From IMG/VR virus record IMGVR_UViG_3300013426_000025, positions 32,001 through 96,000 of that record: a DNA stretch of 64,000 nt; one strand, 5' to 3'. A program made the translations under genes and the position numbers. How positions within the stretch are numbered: the first letter of the stretch is position 1; each line of letters begins with the position of its first letter. Source of the DNA: a virus (Duplodnaviria; Caudoviricetes). Shown piece by piece: positions 50,161 to 57,479 of the stretch. The notes under the pieces were generated by a model. It was not told where the DNA came from. It did not search any database and was given only the letters and a program-made list of their open reading frames with translations.

Positions 50161-52515
50161 TTACTTACTCTTCTTTGATATTGTTTTAACTTTATCTTTA
50201 TTCTTTCCTTTTGATAATTCATACAGAACATTATTTCTATGCAAACTATTGTTTTGATTTCTCAAGATAAAATTAACATAATCTTGAGTTTCTTTAGGAA
50301 AAGCATTTAGCCAATCCCAACCATTATATATATCAACACCTTTACCTTTTGCTTTATTTAGAGTACTCAATGTATTACCTGGACCATAATTATAAGCAGC
50401 CAATGCTTTAGCAACTCTTATACTATCATTCTGTCCTTCTTTATTAACCCAAGGTCTATTCATCAAATTCTCTTGTAAATACCAGTTTCTTACATCAGTA
50501 TTAATAGCATCATCATAAAGTTGTGAAGCATCATAAGTAGTACCATTAACCCTATTAAAATCATCAAGTACTGCTGGAACTATTTGAAACATGCCTCTTG
50601 CATCAGCCCTACTTGTTTTATCAGAAATAAATCCACTTTCAGCATAGGCTTGTCTATTAGCAAGTTCACCCATGTCTATAAGGTCAGTCTTATTATTTAT
50701 TTCATCATTAAGACCAAACAGATTTCTAATAAAACCCCCCAAATCATACCTTACAGATGGTATAGGTTTATAACTAAAAGGTTTTGATGTTAGGTTTTGA
50801 AGATAGCCTCCATTGGCATACCCTTGCTCTAATGTTTTACGTGCTAAATCTACTACATTATCTGTCACGCCTAATTTTTCTAAAGATTTAAATCTGAAGC
50901 TCAAAAATTCTCTCAGTAGGTCTTCTTGGTGTTTATTCCATAATGTTGGGTATTCTGGAATATCATATTCATATAATATATTACGTATTTCAGAATTTAA
51001 TTCAGCGGGACTCCCTTCCCAAAAAGACATGGCGGCCCTATTGTACTCAGGAAACAATTTGCCAAATTCTGATGTTGGATTTACAACATTATAATAATAA
51101 GGCTCTCCTTTTGAAAAATCTATATATTTGTGTGGAATTTCCCAACCAAAATATCTTGGAAGCGCGAATTGTACAGCATGTTGTGTTTCATGTTTCATTG
51201 TTCCTGCTACACTTTGCATTTGTCCTACCGGACTTTGATTTTTATTTAGATGTAAAGGGCGAACTATATTGGGTTGACCATAATCTCTTAGTCTTAATTC
51301 TATAAGAGGTTTATCAGAATCAAACGCCCCAATTTCACCTTCCTTGGCTTTAGTTTTTATATTTACAGGTAAATAATTAATATACCAATCAGTATTCCGA
51401 ATGTCATTAGCATTAGAATAATTTAGTACTAATCCATTTCCTTTCTTCCAATCAAGTTTTGCTTGTTCTGCTATTTTTCTACTTTCTTGAATATAATCCC
51501 TCATATTTTTTCTACTCATAAAAGGAACATATCTTCCCTCAATTATGGCATCTATAACCTGCATTGGATTATCAGCATTTATAAAATCTTTTCCCAATGT
51601 CTTAATGGTTTTAGCATATTGAGATACAGGTTTTATTAGATTATAAGTGCCTAACATATCAAATATGTCTCCAACCCCAGATATAACACTTCTACCATAT
51701 TTACCCTCTTGTGCCAATTTGTATGTTTTTTGTACTCCATTATCAGATAATAAATTTCTTGCACCGTCTATAGTAAATAAAGCATCCAATGTTTTTGAAA
51801 CTTTTGGATATGCAAGCCTAACCATGTTATCAAGACTTGCTATTTCAGATAAAGATTGTAGTGCAATGGGCACTCCTAAAGTAGTCATCATTGGTAATGC
51901 TATTGCTCCACCAACAACATTACCTAATTTGTCATATCCTGTACCTGTGCTTTGTCTGGCCTGATAATCATTATAAGTAACCCTATTACCAGTATTACTA
52001 TCCTTAATGTAACGTATATTCTTAGGTTTTGCAGCAGTAACGGTCACTTCTGGTAATGATGTTTCGTACTGCATATTATTAGAGATCTTGTTCAATGCGT
52101 AATTTGCAGCATTACTACCCTTAAATCCTAATACTTCTGCTTCTTGCAGTGCTTTATTATATTGAGAAGTTGTATATTCCGTATCAACCTTTAAGGTATG
52201 TAACTTTGAGTCACTTTCGGTACCCTCATGTTTATGTGCCCATTTCTTTGCATTAAGAGCAAAAGTAGCCATCTTCTTTTGAGCAGGTGTACCATGTTCT
52301 TTATACCAAGTTGATGACTTACCTGTTCTTTCTTTAAGTTCTGTAAACTTACCTCTATTCTCAGGCTTTATATTTATACTACCTCCACCGGCATAAACAT
52401 TAAAGGAGTCCCTGACCATACTCAGGTCTGAGACTCCATTATCCAATGCCAGTTTTATGTATTTTGCTTTTTCATGCATTGAGAGTTCATCCCAATGTGT
52501 TTTTTGTCTATCCAT
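50161..52515 (-). CDS. Multidomain protein: small basic module, HExxH domain and C-terminal lytic transglycosylase (SLT)
   Basis: HETQH; AESGF...ARGMFQI...ALAAYNYGPG...ETQDYV. Confidence 0.75.
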   Translation of the reverse strand: MDRQKTHWDELSMHEKAKYIKLALDNGVSDLSMVRDSFNVYAGGGSINIKPENRGKFTELKERTGKSSTWYKEHGTPAQKKMATFALNAKKWAHKHEGTESDSKLHTLKVDTEYTTSQYNKALQEAEVLGFKGSNAANYALNKISNNMQYETSLPEVTVTAAKPKNIRYIKDSNTGNRVTYNDYQARQSTGTGYDKLGNVVGGAIALPMMTTLGVPIALQSLSEIASLDNMVRLAYPKVSKTLDALFTIDGARNLLSDNGVQKTYKLAQEGKYGRSVISGVGDIFDMLGTYNLIKPVSQYAKTIKTLGKDFINADNPMQVIDAIIEGRYVPFMSRKNMRDYIQESRKIAEQAKLDWKKGNGLVLNYSNANDIRNTDWYINYLPVNIKTKAKEGEIGAFDSDKPLIELRLRDYGQPNIVRPLHLNKNQSPVGQMQSVAGTMKHETQHAVQFALPRYFGWEIPHKYIDFSKGEPYYYNVVNPTSEFGKLFPEYNRAAMSFWEGSPAELNSEIRNILYEYDIPEYPTLWNKHQEDLLREFLSFRFKSLEKLGVTDNVVDLARKTLEQGYANGGYLQNLTSKPFSYKPIPSVRYDLGGFIRNLFGLNDEINNKTDLIDMGELANRQAYAESGFISDKTSRADARGMFQIVPAVLDDFNRVNGTTYDASQLYDDAINTDVRNWYLQENLMNRPWVNKEGQNDSIRVAKALAAYNYGPGNTLSTLNKAKGKGVDIYNGWDWLNAFPKETQDYVNFILRNQNNSLHRNNVLYELSKGKNKDKVKTISKKSK

Positions 52516-52727
52516 AATCCTAACTTTCTTAATATTCTATTTCTCTTTTCTTTATCCTTAAAGTACCCCACATACTTACCTTTAGGTTCCTCTAAATTAT
52601 TTGCTGCATGATACTTATTACTTACAGGTAATGGTTTTATTCTTGTATACTCATACTTCCTATCATACTCTATAGAAGTACAACAATAACCATCTCCTTC
52701 AATCAATTTAATCCTGTATCTTATCAT
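52455..52727 (-). CDS. Hypothetical basic protein
   Basis: ORF overlapping both neighbours. Confidence 0.4.
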   Translation of the reverse strand: MIRYRIKLIEGDGYCCTSIEYDRKYEYTRIKPLPVSNKYHAANNLEEPKGKYVGYFKDKEKRNRILRKLGLWIDKKHIGMNSQCMKKQNT

Positions 52728-53049
52728 ATAATCCTTGTTTTAAAAGTAATGCAAATCCTCTACCTAATGTTTCTACTAATGGTTCGTTACCATTCTCTTC
52801 AATAAACTGAAATGTACATAAAATAGCATGTACAAATTCATGTAGTACTATAGTTTGAATTTCAAAATCTGGCATATCTTCACCCTTCTCATTCACTAAA
52901 GAAACAATAATATCTTTAGTACTACCATTATGCCAACCATCACAAAATTCATTAGGGTCATTATCTATCTTATCTCTTGTAAAGTGTACCTTATATACAC
53001 TACCAAAGACTTCAATTTCAAAATCTTTCCATTCTCTTTTCTTCTCCAT
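52708..53049 (-). CDS. Small zincin-like metallopeptidase
   Basis: VLHEFVHAIL...NEPLVE. Confidence 0.7.
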   Translation of the reverse strand: MEKKREWKDFEIEVFGSVYKVHFTRDKIDNDPNEFCDGWHNGSTKDIIVSLVNEKGEDMPDFEIQTIVLHEFVHAILCTFQFIEENGNEPLVETLGRGFALLLKQGLYDKIQD

Positions 53050-53159
53050 ATCTTATATTTTTACTTACTTCACATTTTGACACAGTAATGTGCTATGATG
53101 AGAGTATATCTAAAAGATTAAAACTAAGTTATCAAGTATTACTTTACAACTTAAATCAT

Positions 53160-53505
53160 CAAATAACTTTATTCAATATCCTTTATTGAAGTTTTGATAT
53201 AGTAATCCCTTAGAGTGGAACCCTAACTTATTGCAAATCAATGAGTTGTGTTTCACTCTCACCTTGCCATCACTGGTAGGTCTATCTATAAATCTTGAAT
53301 AGTGGCGGTTAATACTTCCCTAAAGACTCTTTACCCTCAACCCTTTCTCAGACTAATTGGTGAGTCACACTATTCTTGTATCTATAGACTGTTTTGACAG
53401 AGGGTTGATAACTAAAGTGCCCTCTTAAGGCCTCATTCTTTTACCTATTAAGTAGTGATAAGGCGATATACTGACTTAGTCATATCAGTAGTCTATTCAT
53501 TAAAA
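53160..53505 (-). ncRNA. Candidate structured ncRNA or long leader
   Basis: Promoter at 53512-53542, no ORF in track, nested stems (ATAGACT/AGTCTAT, GAATAGTG/CACTATTC, AGAGGG/CCCTCT); ends approximate. Confidence 0.45.
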
Positions 53506-53511
53506 ACTATG

Positions 53512-53542
53512 CAAAGATAGTAAAAATATTTGATATATGCAA
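53512..53542 (-). promoter_or_regulatory. Bacteroidota-type promoter
   Basis: TTG-N6-TCA-N11-TATCTTTG. Confidence 0.8.
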
Positions 53543-53609
53543 GTACTAATGTAAAATACTTAACAATTTTAATATAGTAAAGGTAAGACTAAATTTAAAT
53601 CAGGGCTCT

Positions 53610-53870
53610 AGTATGTAGGGATTGCTCCCTACATACTTAAACAATTTGATGGTTAAAGCATCAATAAGACACCGCTTCCATTACCCCTTAGCCTTTCACC
53701 CTTAGCTGGGAGGTGTTTTACATGTCCTCACATACACTTTTTACATGGTCCAACATGGGTCTGTCCTCTTTTCCTTGATAATTGTTCTCAGGGTTCTTAT
53801 TCCCACTTTCCCCTTTAATGCAGGTAAATGTTTAGCCCACAGGTTGCTCTCTTTTCCTTGATATAATCTC
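53610..53870 (-). ncRNA. Candidate stand-alone sRNA of about 260 nt
   Basis: Promoter at 53875-53905, strong 3' hairpin AGTATGTAGGGA/TCCCTACATACT at 53610-53637, no ORF in track. Confidence 0.5.
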
Positions 53871-53874
53871 AGTG

Positions 53875-53905
53875 CAAAGGTAATATATTTATCTGATATA
53901 TACAA
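53875..53905 (-). promoter_or_regulatory. Bacteroidota-type promoter
   Basis: TTG-N6-TCA-N11-TACCTTTG. Confidence 0.75.
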
Positions 53906-54031
53906 TAGAAATAATAAAATTGTAATAGGTACAAAAAATTTTTTTTATTTTATTTTTTTTGAAATTTTTTTATATTTATGAAAGTTGGAGAATTTTTTCT
54001 ATATTTATAAAAGCGAGGGATAATCCCCCTA

Positions 54032-54356
54032 CACACCACCCCTTCCATATTTTGATGGGTCTATTCCCCCCATTTGTACTATTATGAAATGTGATGCTGG
54101 TGACCATTGTGTTATCTGTGCATTTCAAGATAGTTGTCCATTGTATGATGAGTATATAGACTACCGTCTTGAAATGTACAATGAAAGTGTGTCAGATGCT
54201 TATTAGTGTCTGACATACTTTAATCAATAAATCTCCACACCACTTCTCCTATATTTTGATGTGGTTATATTGTGTAGTATAAATAATGTAGCACTTACAT
54301 TGTGTGTTACATTATCTAATCAATAAATCTCCACACCACTTTGGTTATATTTTGAT
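54032..54356 (+). repeat. Three copies of CACACCAC-N7-ATATTTTGAT (candidate early promoters)
   Basis: 54032-54056, 54236-54260, 54332-54356; copies 2 and 3 also share upstream TAATCAATAAATCTC. Confidence 0.8.
54084..54206 (+). CDS. 40-aa Cys-rich micro-protein
   Basis: MKCDAGDHCVICAFQDSCPLYDEYIDYRLEMYNESVSDAY; lies between motif copy 1 and a hairpin at about 54184-54221. Confidence 0.45.
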   Translation: MKCDAGDHCVICAFQDSCPLYDEYIDYRLEMYNESVSDAY

Positions 54357-54442
54357 ATTAGGATTTTGTGGAATTTACCCAGTCACAAAGTCTATTATAA
54401 CAATTGGGTACATGCTACTATAATAGAGAGTAGTGAATTACT

Positions 54443-54757
54443 ATGGCTGCAACAAACATTAAAGAGCAGTGGTCATTGCGAGAGTGGTGCAGAATGTACG
54501 GTACCACATTTACCAGAGCACCATTCACTAACAAAGAAACAGGAGAGAAATTCAACTCACTTGTCTGGAGCCACAATGGTGGTCTTATCTTTGTTAATTT
54601 CTCTCAAAATCTTGGTGAGTTGAATAACAAGGAAATGAGAGAATTGAAGGAGCAACTGTCTGTCTACCAAGTAGTTAAGGAGTCTGGTGAAATGGGATTT
54701 TCACTTGGCAAAACAGGCTCCATTAACGGCACAGAAGAGTCTCTGGACTTTGACTAA
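54443..54757 (+). CDS. Early protein, beta-rich with acidic tail
   Basis: FTNKETGEKF; ends EESLDFD; followed by a hairpin at about 54774-54808. Confidence 0.7.
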   Translation: MAATNIKEQWSLREWCRMYGTTFTRAPFTNKETGEKFNSLVWSHNGGLIFVNFSQNLGELNNKEMRELKEQLSVYQVVKESGEMGFSLGKTGSINGTEESLDFD

Positions 54758-54814
54758 TCTCTCCAAGAATCAAACTATCTATCCATACAATTTGTGTGGG
54801 TAGATAGTACTTTT

Positions 54815-55432
54815 ATTCAGTAAACCATTGTATTTATCCTTGTGGTGCAGGCTAACCATTACAATGATTTACTGATTTTAACAATAAGTGTTCATAGGGC
54901 AAGCACTTTCAAAACAACCTATGCTGGATTCCGCTAGTGTGCTAGGACCTTTAACAGTGGGGAACCTGTGGTTAAACTGTTACTTAAACCAAGTCTCATA
55001 AAGTTAGTGGAGAGACTCTTTTGCTAGTTATGCTGTATAAACTAGTGAGGTCATTAGACCAAATGTCATATAGCAGTGACATCATGCAGTGAAGAGACTA
55101 GGCTGCATTTTAACACTCCTTGCAACGAGTCTTGTGGAGTATAAATCAGGAAAGACACGTATCTATTATTAATTTCTTTTAATAGTTTTCTTTGTAGATA
55201 GACCAAACTGAGTCATTCTCAGCATGAATATTTAAAGTAAAACTATTACTTATATAGAATAAGTTAAAACACGATAGGGTCATTGTAAGTTCGACTCTTA
55301 CAACCTCTTAGAGATATATAATAGTTCTAGACACCATTATATATTGCTCAGATGAGTAAAGTGGATGACGGTTCGTCACTTATTCTATTCTTTACTTATA
55401 AGGGATTGGTTTCCCTTATAGGTTCTAAGTAA
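54815..55432 (+). ncRNA. Dense array of structured RNA elements
   Basis: ORF-free; three pseudoknots, a kissing-hairpin pair and a T-loop multibranch domain (see findings). Confidence 0.55.
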
Positions 55433-55437
55433 ATAAT

Positions 55438-55698
55438 ATGATGTTTAACTTACAAGGTGATACTTTGGAAATAATACTTCCACAAGGTCACACTATGTCA
55501 GAATTGAACACCATGGCTAAAGCAGAGTTATCTGCATTGATTAAAGAAGGTCAATTCTTCGGAAAAGACATCAAAATCAATGGTAAATGTACTACTGCAA
55601 TGGCTATTCTTTTAGGGCATGAACTTGCACATGTATGTAAGAGTGTAAGTATCTTTGACCCTAAAGAGAATACCTATGTCATGTGTGTACAACATTGA
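55438..55698 (+). CDS. csx3: Csx3/Crn3-like ring nuclease homolog
   Basis: GKDIKINGK...LLGHELAH...VSIFDPK...YVMCVQH matches the recalled Csx3 pattern GVVISGR...LAHKYAH...VAVYDPR...VVQSH. Confidence 0.7.
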   Translation: MMFNLQGDTLEIILPQGHTMSELNTMAKAELSALIKEGQFFGKDIKINGKCTTAMAILLGHELAHVCKSVSIFDPKENTYVMCVQH

Positions 55699-55783
55699 TA
55701 TAGCACTGAGCAAGACTCGGAGTAACTATACTTGGCAACAGAAAATAGTTTTTTATTATTAACAACTAAACAACAATACAATT

Positions 55784-56134
55784 ATGAAAACAACAATATT
55801 CGTAGTAAATGAGTATTTTAATGATGTAAATACTCAGATTGCCTTCACTGATAAGGAGGAAGCAAAAAAATATATCAAAGAAAGACAAAAATTCTTTGAT
55901 GAAATAGATATGCTGTACAGAGAACATGACAGTCTGTCTTTTGTACTTCCTGTATTATCTATTATCGAAATGCCACTACATGGTATTGAGATTATCAGAA
56001 AGGCTGCTATAGAAGATTATCTTAATTGCAGAAAAATGTGGGAGGATTATTTAGCAAGTAACATTGAAGATGATGAATTTGTTGATAATCTCAACAACGA
56101 TTTAGATGAACTTCTAAATAATAAGAACTCCTAA
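55784..56134 (+). CDS. Hypothetical early protein
   Basis: AFTDKEEAKKYI motif; A-rich start context. Confidence 0.65.
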   Translation: MKTTIFVVNEYFNDVNTQIAFTDKEEAKKYIKERQKFFDEIDMLYREHDSLSFVLPVLSIIEMPLHGIEIIRKAAIEDYLNCRKMWEDYLASNIEDDEFVDNLNNDLDELLNNKNS

Positions 56135-56187
56135 GCAAGAGTATAAACTGCTTATTTTTAATTATTAACTAATAAAACAATACAACA

Positions 56188-56409
56188 ATGAAACAGGGAA
56201 AAACAGTGCTCGGAGACACTATAATCCTCCGTAAAGAACAAGTACTGATAGTAGGTGAAAATCATTTTCAAACCTATTCGTTTCCTAACAATGAACTCGC
56301 TAAAGAGTTCTATAATAGAAAATGTATGCACCCTAAAAGAGGTAGAAAACCTAATAGGGTAAGAGAATGTGCTGTTGTTTATTATAATCAATTAATCATA
56401 CAATTATGA
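56188..56409 (+). CDS. Hypothetical early protein
   Basis: Leader TTATTAAC-x-ACTAAACAACAATACAA-like, similar to that of the previous gene. Confidence 0.55.
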   Translation: MKQGKTVLGDTIILRKEQVLIVGENHFQTYSFPNNELAKEFYNRKCMHPKRGRKPNRVRECAVVYYNQLIIQL

Positions 56410-56597
56410 TAATCAACAATTATCTCAATAAAAGAACAAATTGTCTTCGCACTCTTTCAATAGAGTGTGAGGACAATAATATTGATATTGACCTTATAAT
56501 AAAACATAAGGGATTTGAGAAATTGAATACATTAAACTTGAATAAAATAGAAGCAAAGAGTTTGATGTATTCTTTAATGGAGATTTTTGACCAATGA
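56406..56597 (+). CDS. Hypothetical early protein
   Basis: ATGA-coupled ORF. Confidence 0.5.
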   Translation: MIINNYLNKRTNCLRTLSIECEDNNIDIDLIIKHKGFEKLNTLNLNKIEAKSLMYSLMEIFDQ

Positions 56598-56824
56598 ATA
56601 AACCAATGAATAAACTTAAATTAGTATATAGTGCCATAGCATTTTATGGCACTATATTATTATTTTTTATGTGGCTATTATGTGTAGCACCTATTTTAGA
56701 TGTGGGTGATACATATTTAGCACTCATACTGACAATATCATTACTTATATGTGTCTTCATTAATATAAAAATATATGATGAAGATACATACAATAAAATA
56801 CTACCAAAATGGTTCAATAAATAA
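56594..56824 (+). CDS. Small two-TM membrane protein
   Basis: Two hydrophobic segments. Confidence 0.55.
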   Translation: MNKPMNKLKLVYSAIAFYGTILLFFMWLLCVAPILDVGDTYLALILTISLLICVFINIKIYDEDTYNKILPKWFNK

Positions 56825-56912
56825 GCGATTGAATTTTTGTTAGTTTGTTAGACATAATTTTTATTTTAGTGGTTATTCAACTATAAGAATCTGTGACAGA
56901 CCTTATAGTTAT

Positions 56913-56984
56913 GCTCCTATAGTTCAATGGACAGAACAACATCCTTCTAAGATGAAAATCTTGGTTCGATTCCAAGTAGGGGTA
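56913..56984 (+). tRNA. tRNA-Arg(UCU), second divergent copy
   Basis: GCTCCTA/TAGGGGT, ACATC-CTTCTAA-GATGA, CTTGG-TTCGATT-CCAAG. Confidence 0.85.
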
Positions 56985-57173
56985 CAATGTATTTTTCATG
57001 TTTTTTGTTGTTTTATTTGTTAATTATTTACTTGTAATCTAATCTATACCTACAATCTTAACTCAAAAGCACAAGGTTGCTAAATAGTCTCTGTTTATAT
57101 ATTAGTTTTTTGATTAGCGTTCCTATTATATATTCAAACTATTTAGCATTATCCTTAATAGATTAGATGAACA

Positions 57174-57222
57174 GACAGTACTATGGTTAGTATAATAAAG
57201 GTTCGATTCCTTTATACTGTCC
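57174..57222 (+). ncRNA. tRNA-like mini-RNA lacking an anticodon arm
   Basis: GACAGTA/TACTGTC stem, CTA-TGGT-TAG hairpin, TAAAGG-TTCGATT-CCTTTA T-arm. Confidence 0.5.
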
Positions 57223-57479
57223 TTTTAGTGGTTTATGTTGGTTAATATGAAAAACATTATTTAGACTTATGTGGGAATAACATTAACACACCCGATTGAT
57301 AGAGAGTTGTATAAGAATTTATATGTATTGTCTATAAAAGTGTAATGTAGGTCATTAATGATTCACCTTTAATAATAAAAATATAAGGTAAAGAGAAAAC
57401 TTAATCAACTTTCATTACTTTATAAAGTATATTATGCTATGAATCATAATAGTACAAGAGTGATTACTTGTACTATTCT

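Noticed and set aside
239-51964. Plus-strand ORFs in the late block (for example 24971-25831, 28366-29250, 3489-4076)
   Set aside because: Antisense shadows of well-supported minus-strand genes
53245-53290. Solitary CRISPR repeat (RNA anti-CRISPR) starting GTTGTG
   Set aside because: No matching CAAC/ACAGC end or repeat-like hairpin
54032-54356. CRISPR mini-array
   Set aside because: Bipartite motif with variable core and unequal periods (204 and 96 nt); no cas genes
54366-54623. 85-aa plus-strand ORF
   Set aside because: Out-of-frame overlap with the better-supported 54443-54757 gene; non-ATG start
54886-54923. preQ1-I riboswitch
   Set aside because: Similar topology only; ligand-binding loop residues do not match and there is no related gene downstream
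54815-55432. tmRNA, or twister/hammerhead/HDV ribozyme
   Set aside because: No GGGG 5' end or CCA acceptor; TAACAC...GTGGAG lacks the twister L4 motif; CAGATGAG is not a CUGAUGA core
55438-55698. HELAH as a zincin protease motif
   Set aside because: Surrounding ING, FDPK and terminal His fit Csx3 better, and no zincin helix with a third ligand follows
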